Assembly (NCBI GenBank): GCA_951406725.2
Contig: OX597820.1
Location: forward strand, 10,044,001 to 10,108,000
From: Octopus vulgaris
Taxonomy: Eukaryota
DNA: 64,000 bases
Direction of reading: 5' to 3'
Shown: positions 1 to 12,012 of the stretch, one piece after another
How positions within the stretch are numbered: the stretch's first letter is position 1
Layout: the number at the start of each line of letters is the position of its first letter
Program-made: the position numbers and the translations under genes
The notes under the pieces: model-generated
Databases searched by the model: none
Seen by the model: only the letters and a program-made list of their open reading frames with translations
What the model was told of the DNA's origin: nothing

Positions 1-286
1 TAGAAATAATAGCAAAGTGGTGGTTTTCAGTCATGTGGTGTAGAGAAATAGATGGACATAGCAACGATGTGAATGGCTCAGAGACCAGACGATTAAGAAG
101 CAAAGAGCAGGGCAAGTAAGCTGTTTTTATTAATGGAATGCTAGACATTGTAGAAACTTCCAGGAGAAACGCGAAGCTTCTTGAATAACCAAGAATTACT
201 TCTCATGACGTAGGTGTTTCGAGAAACTTATCAAAGGGAGGTTACTCGATAACACTTTTCAACTATTTTAGCTACAGACCACAGAC

Positions 287-375
<89 letters not shown>

Positions 376-398
376 CATACATACATACATACATACAA

Positions 399-448
<50 letters not shown>

Positions 449-930
449 CTTAGAATAACTTAGAAAGGTTTTTGGCCAGTATTGGCCCAGGCCATGTCTA
501 ACTTAATAGCACCACCTGGCGAAGTCTTTCAGTTCAGGATTTGGGCACCAAGGCCCATTCGAGCAGAGAGTTATTGTTTGCGGAGACATATCCGGGTGTG
601 GATGGTTTGTCCGGTACTGTTTGAAGGAATTTGTCCAAAGACTTCTTGAATTTTGTGTGGTCAGTTTCTTTTTTGACGTGTCCTGGTGTAATGTTGAAGA
701 GAGCGGGTCCAATTGAGGTGAAATAGTTGTGCCGTATTGTCGTTATGTGATGCGATTTAGATTTTTGTTGTGGACGGATGGCACGTGGTCCAAGCCTTGG
801 ATGCATTTTGAAGGTGATGCCAACATCATTCGGACAGTGCTGATGGAATATTTTCCACATCATACAGATAATGTAGCGTTCACGGCGTCGTTGGAGTGAA
901 TACAATTTCAGCTTCTCTAGTCTACCCCAG
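449..930 (-). mobile_element. 5'-truncated CR1-like LINE: C-terminus of ORF2 plus 3' UTR
   Basis: Minus frame reads YWGRLEKLKLYSLQRRRERYIICMMWKI...FKKSLDKFLQTVPDKPSTPGYVSANNNSLLEW (ORF 534-905), a typical post-RT region of invertebrate CR1-group LINEs. It ends in a repeated TTCTAAGTT tail and is flanked by (TA)n on both sides. Confidence 0.85.
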
Positions 931-1196
931 TATATATATATATATATATAAAATTAATTAAGGGTAGAAATTGATATTTATCAATTAAGACCAGTGGTCT
1001 AGCATATTAAAAAAGAATCCGAAGATTAAAATATTTATATATACCAATTAAGGACTGAACACGAAAAGTGGACAGTCAACATGCTAGATATAGACGTCAA
1101 ATCGTCATTCTCCACAAAAGATTATGTTCTCAGATCAAACTCAACACAAAACCATAGCAATAAACAAGTGAAAAATATACGAAATAAAATAATTAC

Positions 1197-1261
1197 CCAT
1201 GTACTAACTTAGTTTCAGCTGTTATTTTCCGCAAGGAAAACTGCAGCCATCATCAGCATGG
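1197..1261 (-). ncRNA. Type I hammerhead ribozyme, copy 1
   Basis: Minus strand CCATG-CTGATGA-t-GGCTG..(TTTTCC ttgc GGAAAA)..CAGCT-GAAA-CTAA g TTAG-TA^CATGG. Both core boxes, stems I/II/III and a GUA cleavage triplet are present. Confidence 0.85.
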
Positions 1262-1701
1262 TCCGTTATAAATGTAATTTGCTGGACTAAATGCAAACAC
1301 GATACCGAAATATCGCGTGCATGGAGTTCAGCCTATTACATTTGAATATATCTTTCAAATGCCTTTACTCTGGCGCGTTGAGACCCGAGAAAACTAGCCT
1401 GCAGCTAATAATTAGCAGCAGTTAATTTATCGGTTAGAGAACATTTATTTATATAAAATTAATTAAGGGTAGAAATTGATATTTATCAATTAAGACCAGT
1501 GGTCTAGCATATTAAAAAAGAATCCGAAGATTAAAATATTTATATATACCAATTAAGGACTGAACACGAAAAGTGGACAGTCAACATGCTAGATATAGAC
1601 GTCAAATCGTCATTCTCCACAAAAGATTATGTTCTCAGATCAAACTCAACACAAAACCATAGCAATAAACAAGTGAAAAATATACGAAATAAAATAATTA
1701 C

Positions 1702-1766
1702 CCATGTACTAACTTAGTTTCAGCTGTTATTTTCCGCAAGGAAAACTGCAGCCATCATCAGCATGG
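1702..1766 (-). ncRNA. Type I hammerhead ribozyme, copy 2
   Basis: Identical to 1197-1261, offset by 505 nt. Confidence 0.85.
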
Positions 1767-1809
1767 TCCGTTATAAATGTAATTTGCTGGTATATATATA
1801 TATATATAT

Positions 1810-2000
1810 TTATTTTATATCAAGTTTCAGCTCACGAGCTGTGGCTATGCTGGGGCACCGCCATTTGGTGTTGCTACATAATTTTACTTCACAAATGCTT
1901 TTTAGGAATTGACATTTGGTGCATGGGGGAGTTTGATACCGCTGCCCTCATCTGCACCTCCTGCCGCATCTGCGACACTTGACAGTAAGAGGTCCAGCTT
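1810..2000 (-). mobile_element. Short 3' end of a second CR1-like LINE family
   Basis: Minus strand encodes KLDLLLSSVAD and, after a frameshift, QEVQMRAAVSNSPMHQ. The tail is GGCGGTGCCCCAGCATAGCCACAGCTCGTGAGCTGAAAC, flanked by (TA)n. Confidence 0.65.
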
Positions 2001-2066
2001 ATATATATATATGTACACACGAGTAAGCAGATAAATGCCAGAAAAGATGGAAAATACTGCAGGTAG

Positions 2067-2257
2067 AGTAATATGCTTTTTCTATTATTAAAGCTAAAAA
2101 AATTGCAACTCAGAGTTTCACGCTCCTGTTTGTCGGGCAGCTGTGATCAAGATACTTCATCAAAGTTCTTGATCACAACTGCCGGACAAAAGAGAATGGG
2201 AAACTCTGAGTAACAGTTTTTGTGATGAGTTTGCAGCCTTAATAATAAAAAAAGTAC
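2067..2257. repeat. Fold-back (inverted repeat) element with decayed hammerhead-like end
   Basis: CTCAGAGTTTC..GCAGCTGTGATCAAGA (left arm) is complementary to TCTTGATCACAACTGC..GAAACTCTGAG (right arm). Confidence 0.7.
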
Positions 2258-2340
2258 ACACACAAACAGACTCACATACGCACACACACGCGCACACACA
2301 CGTGTGAGTGTATGTATTGTGTGTGTGTGTGCGTGTGTGT

Positions 2341-2525
2341 GTGTTCGTCCGCTACACTGCTTGCCAACCGTTGTTGGTTTGATTAATTCTCAACGAAGTA
2401 GCGGTTCGGCAAACGACAACGATAGAATTAATACCATATTTAGAAGAAAATGAATACAGGGGTGAAACTGTTTTACTAAACGCTTCAAGGCGGTGCCCCA
2501 GCATGGTCGCACTCCAGTGACAGAA
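2341..2525 (+). mobile_element. SINE 3' half (degenerate)
   Basis: AGCGGTTCGGCAAA..GATAGAAT..AAGGCGGTGCCCCAGCATGG matches the 3' half of the full SINE at 7170-7548. Confidence 0.7.
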
Positions 2526-2939
2526 GAAGAGAAAATTTTTAGATACTCCAAGATTTCAATCTTGCACACCTCAGATAAACTCACCCATGAAATTCTAGCA
2601 AACCTTGAACTATTCTCGAAAACATGACATGTCTAACACTGGATTAATTAAGATTCAATGCTATTGTTTGATTAAAATTAATCTATTATGATTGTATTTG
2701 TCGTTCATAGCAAATCGTATCGATCTTTTGGATTCAATTTGAATTTAGGGCAACGGTAAGTGAACACAAATACGCAGACACACGCGAATGTACAGGCATG
2801 CGTTATGCAAATGGAGGATCCGTCATTAACGTGTATACAACCTTATAGAGACTGAGAATTCATTACTGTGAAAAGGCGGCATCTTATCCGCTGCCAAAAT
2901 CCAACAGAAATAGTCATACTTTCACATAAATACTAAAAC

Positions 2940-3325
2940 ACACATACATACACACATACATACATTACATACATACATACATACATACATGCATACATAC
3001 ATACATACATACATACATACATACATACATACATACATACATACATACATACATACGTACGTACGTACATACATACATACATACATACATACATACATAC
3101 GTACGTACATACATACATACATACGTACATACATACATACATACATACATACATACATACGTACGTACATACATACATACATACGTACATACATACATGC
3201 ATACATACATACATACATGCATGCATACATACATACATACGTACATGCATACGTACATACATACATACATACATACATACATACATACATACATACATAC
3301 ATGCGTACCTACATACATACATACA
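2940..3325. repeat. (CATA)n microsatellite
   Basis: Direct inspection; contains CGTA and CATG variants. Confidence 0.97.
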
Positions 3326-3875
3326 CAGAAGACACACACATACACACATACATGTACGTGTGTTTGTATATGTATGTGTATGTCACACCCTACTTCTTAG
3401 TATCTACATACATACGGGGATGCGCACGCAGACACAACACACACACGTCCACACGCACGTCCACACGCACATACACACACATACACGCACACACACATGT
3501 ACAAACACAAATGCACACACCAATATGCCGATGCTAATCTGCGAAGGTTCCACCTTAACTTAACAATACTACCACCCACGCATATCCATACACACACACA
3601 CACATATATATATATATATGTACTAACTGAAACACACACCTAGGTGTCTACACCTACGCACACCTGTACATACAACCTGTTTCCTAATAATAGAACTCAC
3701 CTCACCGGCCCCGTTGTGCTGATTTTGTTTTCGTCTTTTTTACTGAGTTTTTAAACAATTTTTCTTTATTTTTTTCTTTATTTTAATTTCCTGTCAAAGT
3801 GGAACTCCTTTGATCTCTTTACAAATATTTCAACAGGTGTGTCTCCATTTGGTGCCGCATCTGCTGCTCTGCTGT

Positions 3876-4137
3876 TGATGAAGATGATGATAATAATAGT
3901 GGTGGAGGTGTTGAAGACGATGATGATGGTGGAGGTGGTGGTGGTGGTGCCGCTGGTGCTGGTGGTGGTGATTATGATGTCAACAACGATAATTACGATG
4001 GTGATGGTGATGACGATAATGATGATGATGATGATGATGATGTGGATGATGATGATGATGATGATGGTAGTGGTGGTGGTGCTGGTGATTGTGATTATGA
4101 TGTCAACGACGATAATTACGATGGTGATGGTGATGAC

Positions 4138-4178
<41 letters not shown>

Positions 4179-4262
4179 CGATGATGATAATGATGATATT
4201 GATGATAATGGTGATGGTGACGATGATTTTAATGATGATAATGATGATGATGGTGGTGATGG
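3876..4262. repeat. Compound (GAT)/(GGT) trinucleotide tract with an internal ~123-bp duplication
   Basis: ATTATGATGTCAAC(A/G)ACGATAATTACGATGGTGATGGTGATGACGAT occurs at 3971 and 4094. Confidence 0.9.
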
Positions 4263-4489
4263 GATCACAAGGATGCCGTTGCAATTGCTGATATTTCTGT
4301 TGCGAATTCTGTTGTTACCGTTACCATTGCAACAAGTATTGCTGTTCCTGCTCCACCCCACCCCACCAACTACGATTTCGCTTTTTGCCTGAAACCCATA
4401 TGACAGGTACTTGCTCTGTTAACAATTTCCTAAGATTTAACGGCAAGAAAGGGTCCCAAGACACCGAAGGACGATACTTAACCTGTTTC

Positions 4490-4650
4490 AGTGGCGGGGA
4501 AATTCCCCACCTGGACGGGACGCCAATCCGTCGTAGGTTTACTCACTTTTGCCAGCTGAATGGACTAAGGCAACGTGAATTGAAGTGATTCGCTCAACAA
4601 CACAACGCGTCGCCCGGTGCTGGAAGCGAAATCACAATCTTACGATCAGT
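4490..4650 (-). mobile_element. Degenerate tRNA-derived SINE fragment
   Basis: Reverse complement resembles parts of the SINEs at 12013-12331 and 62647-62945 (CCACCTGGACGGGACGCC, TTTTGCCAGCTGA). Confidence 0.65.
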
Positions 4651-4749
4651 TTATGTGATGTGGAGGCGTGTGGCTGAGTGGTTAGGGTGTTGCGTTCATG
4701 ATCGTATGTACATATGAGGCATTTTTGGTGAACCATTGTGTGGTGTAAC

Positions 4750-5058
4750 TTCAAAGAGACTTGAACAAGGCTGGAACAATTCGAGAAGGTATAAAGTAAA
4801 CTACAAAAAAAAAGGCAACAAAGCAAAGTTGCAGTGTTACGCTGTATTTCTTTATTTCGGGGTTATGACCGCTTCTTCAGAACATTTTTGAAAACGGAGT
4901 TGCTCAGATTTTTTCCAACTACCGCTTTTTCCAAAAGACTTGACGAAGGGGTCATAACCCGCGAAATATAGAAATACAAGGTAAAACTGTTACATTGCTT
5001 TGTTCTCTTTTTGTAGTTTACTTTGTCCATTCTCGTATTTATACAATAAATCTCTTGA
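4750..5058. repeat. Fold-back element with hammerhead-like cores in both arms
   Basis: Arms ~4750-4880 and ~4940-5058 are reverse complements: GTATTTCTTTATTTCGGGGTTATGACCGCTTCTTCAG versus TTGACGAAGGGGTCATAACCCGCGAAATATAGAAATAC. Confidence 0.7.
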
Positions 5059-5070
5059 AATATATGTGTG

Positions 5071-5125
<55 letters not shown>

Positions 5126-5272
5126 GTGTGTGTGTGTGTGTGTGTGTGTTTGTGTGTATAAATATATATAATATAAATAATATATATATAAATATATATA
5201 TATGTATAGATGTAAGTATGTACATATACGTATGTATATATGCATGCACACACACACACACGCATACATACA

Positions 5273-5361
<89 letters not shown>

Positions 5362-5593
5362 TTGTGTATGTGTTTGTTCTCCACCACAACTTCACAATTG
5401 GTTTTGGTTCGTTTACGTCACTGCAACCTAGCTGTTCGGTAAAAGAGACCGATAGAATAAGTAACAGACTTAAGAAGAAATACGTGCTAAAGATTCAGCA
5501 AGAAATAAGTATTAAAGATTCTTTGAGGCGCCGTCTCGGCAATGACCGAAACAAGTAAACGATTTAAAGATAAAAGCTACACACACACACAGA

Positions 5594-5630
<37 letters not shown>

Positions 5631-5876
5631 TTGAAAAAAGATTAGAGATCTATACAAATCAAATTTTTATATATAAACTTTGGTGGTGGAAATAGCACAG
5701 AAGTAAATGAAAGACATTTCAATTTAGAATAAAATTAATAGGATGAAAGAATTATATAAAAGAAAATATAGACTATTACCGGTAATATTTTCTTTATCTA
5801 ATTTTAAAATCATTTTATTAAATTTTTTCTACATTGAAATGTATTTGATTTACTTCTGTGTTATTTCCGTTTCCAT

Positions 5877-6027
<151 letters not shown>

Positions 6028-6029
6028 AA

Positions 6030-6064
<35 letters not shown>

Positions 6065-6583
6065 TAGTGGTAATATTTGTATAAGTATATTTGTATGTTT
6101 TGGCAAATAAAATTGTACATGTGCTTACGTATTTTGGAGTGAATCTGTATGAGCGAGAAATTTAAAACGGGCGAAGTTGAAATAAGGAAAACAACGATTG
6201 TAAGATTTGTGCAGTTTGCACGGAATGCAAGCGGAAATTGTTGGGAAAGTTTGTTCATCGTTGATTCGTCAATCTTCAACTGAAAATCGGAAGTTGTTAA
6301 ACACATTCAGCGGTCTTTCAGAGAGTTGTTAGGAAATCCATAGCTTGGAACGGTTCTTGATGCTACAGATCGTGTTTGTAGTTGAAGTGTACGTCTAAAT
6401 ACTTTCATTAAAAGAAAAGAGACTTATGAAAGATTAAAACGGAACATGAGGTGTAATATAAAGAGAAAGGTGAGTTGATTGCACTGTTTGCTTGAGCAAG
6501 GTGACCAGTTGCCAGAATTACCAATGCGTTGTACAAAAGTGTTTCGCTGCACACACACACATGTTTCTGATAGACGGAATCGC

Positions 6584-7025
6584 TTTATTCTTTTATTTGT
6601 TTCTGTCACTTTGACTGCGGCCATGCTGTGGCACCACCATTTAGTCGAACAAATCGACCCCAGAACTTCTTTGTAAGCCTAGTACTCATTGTATTGGTCT
6701 CTTTTGCCAAAGCGCTAAGTTATGGGAACGAAAACACACCAACATCGGTTGTCAAGCGACGATTTGGGGACAAACACAGACACACCTACATATACACACA
6801 CGCATACGCACACACACACACACACACACACACCCACACACACACACATATAAATATATATACGACGGGCTTCTTTCAGTTTCCGTCCACCAAATCCACT
6901 CACAAGACTTTGGTCGACCCGAGTCTATAGTAGAAGACACTTGTCCAAATTGCCCCGCAGTGGGACTGAACCCGGAACCATGTGATTGGTAAGCAAGCTA
7001 CTTACCGCACAGCCACTCCTGCGCC
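6584..7025 (-). mobile_element. Full-length tRNA-headed SINE with internal (CA)/(TA) microsatellite
   Basis: Minus head GGCGCAGGAGTGGCTGTGCGGTAAG..GGTTCAGTCCC (A/B-box-like). The tail is CATGGCCGCAGTCAAAGTGACAGAAAC. Confidence 0.85.
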
Positions 7026-7169
7026 ATATATATATACGAAGGCGAGCTGCCAGACGCAATGTATTAAAGCAGGAGTGTTTCAACTGTGGAAACACTGTGA
7101 AAGGCAGCTGAAACACTCCTGTCACAACCTGGGACCTTGAAGACTGCTTTAATGCAAGAAAGTATACTA

Positions 7170-7548
7170 GGCGCAGGAGTGACTGTGTGGTAAGTGGCTT
7201 GCCTACCAACCACATGGTTCTGGGTTCAGTCCCACTGCGTGGCATCTTGGGCAAGTGTCTTCTGCTATAGCCTCAGGCCGACCAATGCCTTGTGAGTGGA
7301 TTTGGTAGACGGAAACTGAAAGAAGCCTGTCGTATATACGTATATATATATGTATGTATGTATATGTTTGTATGCTGGTGTGTTTACGTCCATGTCACTT
7401 AGCGGTTCGGCAAAAGAGATCGATAGAATAAGTACTGGGGTTACAAAGAATAAGTACCGGGGTCGATTTGCTCGACTAAAGGCGGTGCTCCAGCATGGCC
7501 GCAGTCAAATGACTGAAACAAGTAAAAGAGTAAAAGAGTAAAAGAGTA
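7170..7548 (+). mobile_element. Full-length tRNA-headed SINE (same family)
   Basis: GGCGCAGGAGTGACTGTGTGGTAAG head; tail GGCGGTGCTCCAGCATGGCCGCAGTCAAATGACTGAAACAAG followed by (TAAAAGAG)n. Confidence 0.88.
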
Positions 7549-7721
7549 GTCCCTTAATATTTGGTATTCAATATTTCATCTATTCAATAAGACAATCAAT
7601 ACTTCATTTCATTTTACTATATATATATATATATATTTATACTATATATTCTATATTCTACATTAATATTATAAGGAATATAAATAAAACACAAAAAACA
7701 GAGTTGGAATTCCTTTGAATA

Positions 7722-7768
<47 letters not shown>

Positions 7769-7897
7769 AATAGTTTTGGTGATGCGAACAGGAAAATAGA
7801 ATTCAAAATGTGAATATATATATTTTTTTGTTATATTAATAACTGACAGAATTTACAGTAACTCAAGGGCCGAGAGTTTCGTCAATTCACACCACAG

Positions 7898-7936
<39 letters not shown>

Positions 7937-8419
7937 CACACACGTGTATACATACATATACATACGTATAAATGTATTTGTATATTATGTATGCCGTAGA
8001 TTATGTGTGTGTGTGTGTGTGTGTATGTATTTGTGTATATATTTATCTATGTGTGTAAGTAAGTATACAAAGAACAAAGAATTGCATTTTATACGCGTAA
8101 TAATAGAGATAATTGAGTAGAAATTTGATATTTGTATTTATTCTTAATATATTTTCTCTCCACGTTCTCTTTCCAAACACACACACACATCCAGATACAT
8201 TCATACACACGTACAAACACACAGGCACACACACAAACACACACACGAAACATTTGGTAGTATGATTCTAGGTGTGTTGTATGCGTATAGCCACATATAC
8301 ATTTGTACAAAAAAAATCTAAATAAACGCGGATATATGTATGTATAAATGTGAAAATATATATGCGTAGGAATGTATGTATATACACACAAACGCACGCA
8401 CGCACACACACACACACAC

Positions 8420-8526
8420 ACGCATGTATGTATATATCTATGTATGTATGCGTATATTTATGTATGTATGTATCTATGTATCTATGTATGTATGTTTGTA
8501 TGTTTGTATGTATGTTTGTATGTATG

Positions 8527-8559
<33 letters not shown>

Positions 8560-8830
8560 CTGTATGTATGTATGTATGTATGTTTGTATGTATGTATTTA
8601 TGTATGTATGTATATATGTATGTATGTATATATGTTTGTATGTAGGTAGGTATGTATGTATATATGTATGTATGTATATATGTTTGTATGTACGTATGTA
8701 TGTATGTATGTATGTATATATGTATGTATGTATGTATGTATGCATATGTATGTATGTTTGTATGTATGTATGTATGCATATGTATGTATGTTTGTATGTA
8801 TGTATGTACGTATGTATGTATGTATGTATA
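8420..8830. repeat. (TATG)n microsatellite
   Basis: Direct inspection. Confidence 0.95.
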
Positions 8831-9076
8831 AATATAAGCGAGCGGAAAGGAAAGAGAGAAGATTGCAACGGTGGAGCGAAAATATGCATTAAACAAGAAA
8901 TCCTATCTGCACACAGACGGTATCAGTGTTAATAAACGTTGAGAACAGAATTTTGTATGTATATAGCAAGTTGGTGCCAATTTGTAACATTAGTTTAGAA
9001 ATGGAGTCCAAGAATTTATATCTATGCAATATAATACTCTCTATCACTTTTTTCACACACACATACATGTACACTC

Positions 9077-9113
<37 letters not shown>

Positions 9114-9423
9114 CATATGTATACATATGCATATACATATATATACGTATATATATATATACACACATATATATATACATACATTCATATATATATACAC
9201 ATATATATATATATATACTTATAACACATATATATATATACACATCTATACTTATATACATATATACTTATATATACATACATACAAATATACAACTGCA
9301 CTGTACATATATATGCATGCATGTATATATATATATATATATATATATTTACATACTTGAATATAAATGCATGTATGTATATATATATACATGTATATAT
9401 ATATATGCATATATATATATATT

Positions 9424-9460
<37 letters not shown>

Positions 9461-9562
9461 TTACATAATTGCATATATGTATGTATATTTGTATTGAAGT
9501 AACTGTCTATCTCAAGATGTTCCCTCTTTTGTATGTATAATGCATACGTGCATATAAACGCA

Positions 9563-9610
<48 letters not shown>

Positions 9611-9940
9611 TGTATAGATAAACTTACATAGCCTTACCCACACACACGTAAACAAACATACGTGAATATGCGTGTGTGTGTATGAAAATTATACTTTGTG
9701 AATTCTTTTAACTTTATATTTTATTTAATAATATTCTGGCAAATCTTTTCTCAGCTGAACGTTTTCACCGTAGAGTTGAGTCTATTTGCTATTTATTTAT
9801 GTTGTGTAATAGGAAACCAACATGTCTGAGGGAAACCGTGAACTCTGTTGCCTGCCATGGAACATACCAAATACACATACATACATATTTATATATGTAA
9901 GTTTGTTTGTATGTATGTATATATATATATATATATATAT

Positions 9941-10122
9941 AAGGAAATTTTCTTTTTTTTTAAAATGCAGAATGCTCAAATGAAAGAAAATTTTAATAAA
10001 ATGAGAAATTGATAAAATATATAAATATATATAATATATATTTATATATTTTATCAATTTCTCATTTTTTAAAAATTTTCTTTCATTTGAACATTCTGCA
10101 TTTAAAAAAAAATTTTTCCTTA
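9941..10122. repeat. AT-rich palindrome centred on a (TA) tract
   Basis: AAATGCAGAATGCTCAAATGAAAGAAAATTTT..ATGAGAAATTGATAAAAT is mirrored by ATTTTATCAATTTCTCAT..AAAATTTTCTTTCATTTGAACATTCTGCATTT. Confidence 0.85.
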
Positions 10123-10170
10123 CTTATCATATTCTCCACGTGCGGTCAACACAACCCCACCATTTATTGA

Positions 10171-10205
<35 letters not shown>

Positions 10206-10392
10206 GCATATATATACATGTTTAGATTGTATTTTTGAAGCATCGAGACACTTCGAAGCCGCTCAAATGCAAATGCTGGTATAAATAACAAGTCATAAAT
10301 ATTTCGGATAAAAAGCCTTTAGTCAGAAAAAAAACTGGACACACACACACACATATATATATATACGCACACATACACATAAATACATATAT

Positions 10393-10728
10393 AAAGGGTA
10401 AAGACCCCCTTCGGTCATGTGTGACCATGGGTTTGCACCTAGAGAGTTACCCTCTAAGGCACAAGTCTGGGCAAGGTTGTTTTTATGGAAGACCAGCAGT
10501 CGCCCATGCATACCGGCCTCCCCTCTCCACGTCACCAGTGTTATCCAAGGGAAAGACAAAGGTCGATACAGCTTGGCACCAGTGACGTCGCAACTTATTT
10601 CTACAGCTGAGTGAACTGGAGCAACGTGAAATAAAGTGCTTTGCTCAAGAACACAACACGCAGCCCGGTCTGGGATTCGAACTCACAACCTCACGATCGT
10701 AAGCTCGACGCTCTAACCACTGAGCCAT
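10393..10728 (-). mobile_element. tRNA-headed SINE (second family)
   Basis: Minus head ATGGCTCAGTGGTTAGAGCGTCGAGCTTACGATCGTGAGGTTGTGAGTTCGAATCCC followed by a non-tRNA body. Confidence 0.85.
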
Positions 10729-10778
10729 ATACGTATATATATTATTTATGACTATACTCATATATATATACGTATATA

Positions 10779-10811
<33 letters not shown>

Positions 10812-10814
10812 TAT

Positions 10815-10958
10815 ATTTCTTTATTGCCCAAAAGGGGCTAAACATAGAGGGGACAAACAAAGACAGACAAAGGCATTAAGTCGATTACATCGACCCCAGT
10901 GCGAAACTGGTACTTTATTTATCGACCCCGAAAGGATGAAAGGCAAAATCGACCTCGA
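10815..10958 (-). mobile_element. SINE fragment (family of the 61878-62408 array)
   Basis: AAGGGGCTAAACATAGAGGGGACAAACAA..GTCGATTACATCGACCCCAGTGCG..GAAAGGATGAAAGGCAAA. Confidence 0.75.
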
Positions 10959-11019
10959 GTGCATGTGCATATATGTATATACATATATACATATATACAT
11001 GTATATATGTATATATGTA

Positions 11020-11147
<128 letters not shown>

Positions 11148-11421
11148 AAGAAGCAGAAAATGGTGTAAACTTTAGATCAAGAAACAAACAAATTGACCAA
11201 CATCGGTTAATTAATTTTTTAATACAAAACATAACATAACATGCTTTAGCGGTATTCCGTCTGTCTTTACGTTCTGAGTTCAAATTTCGCCGAGGTCGAC
11301 TTTGCCTTTCAACCTTTCGGAGTCGCTATATTAAGTACCAGTTGCCTTGTGCCTAGGGATAGTATAGGCAAATGATACCGGTAGTTAGAACGGATATTCC
11401 AACCGCTAAAACTGCTTACTT

Positions 11422-11423
<2 letters not shown>

Positions 11424-11453
<30 letters not shown>

Positions 11454-11905
11454 TGTATGTATGTATGTATGTATGTATGAATGTATGTATGTATGTATGT
11501 ATGTATGTATGTATGTATGTATGTATGCATGTATGTATGTATGTATGTATGTATGTATGAATGTATGTATGTATGTATGTATGAATGTATGTATGTATGT
11601 ATGTATGTATGTATGTATGTATGTATGTATGTATGTATGTATGTATGTATGTATGAATGTATGTATGATGTATGTATGTATGTATGTATGTATGTATGTA
11701 TGTATGTATGCATGTATGTATGTATGTATGTATGTATGTATGAATGTATGTATGTATGTATGTATGTATGTATGTATGTATGTATGTATGTATGTATGTA
11801 TGTATGTGTGTGTGTATGTATGTATGTATGTATGTATGTATGTATGTATGTATGTATGTGTATGTATGTATGTATGTATGTATGTATGTATGTATGTATG
11901 TATGT
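11424..11905. repeat. (TATG)n microsatellite, ~480 bp
   Basis: Direct inspection. Confidence 0.97.
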
Positions 11906-12012
11906 ATATATATATATATGTATTTGTGGCATTAGTCTGGCAGTTTTTATTCTTGTACACCAATATATCTTTAGCATAAAATGTTGTGCGATAAATATTA
12001 TTCTTTAACAGT

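Larger units (their letters stand above)
946..1790 (-). mobile_element. Non-coding partial-tandem element (505-nt period) with two hammerhead ribozymes; Penelope pseudo-LTR / retrozyme-like
   Basis: 951-1285 is repeated at 1456-1790 with no difference I could see. Each copy carries a hammerhead, and both ends abut (TA)n. Confidence 0.8.

Noticed and set aside
1-120. Possible RTE-like LINE remnant (KWWF..HVV..NRWT..EW)
   Set aside because: Too short and degraded, and at the window edge.
10670-10728. tRNA-like sequence (also 12013, 56010, 62647)
   Set aside because: These are SINE heads fused to repeat bodies and lack a paired acceptor stem.
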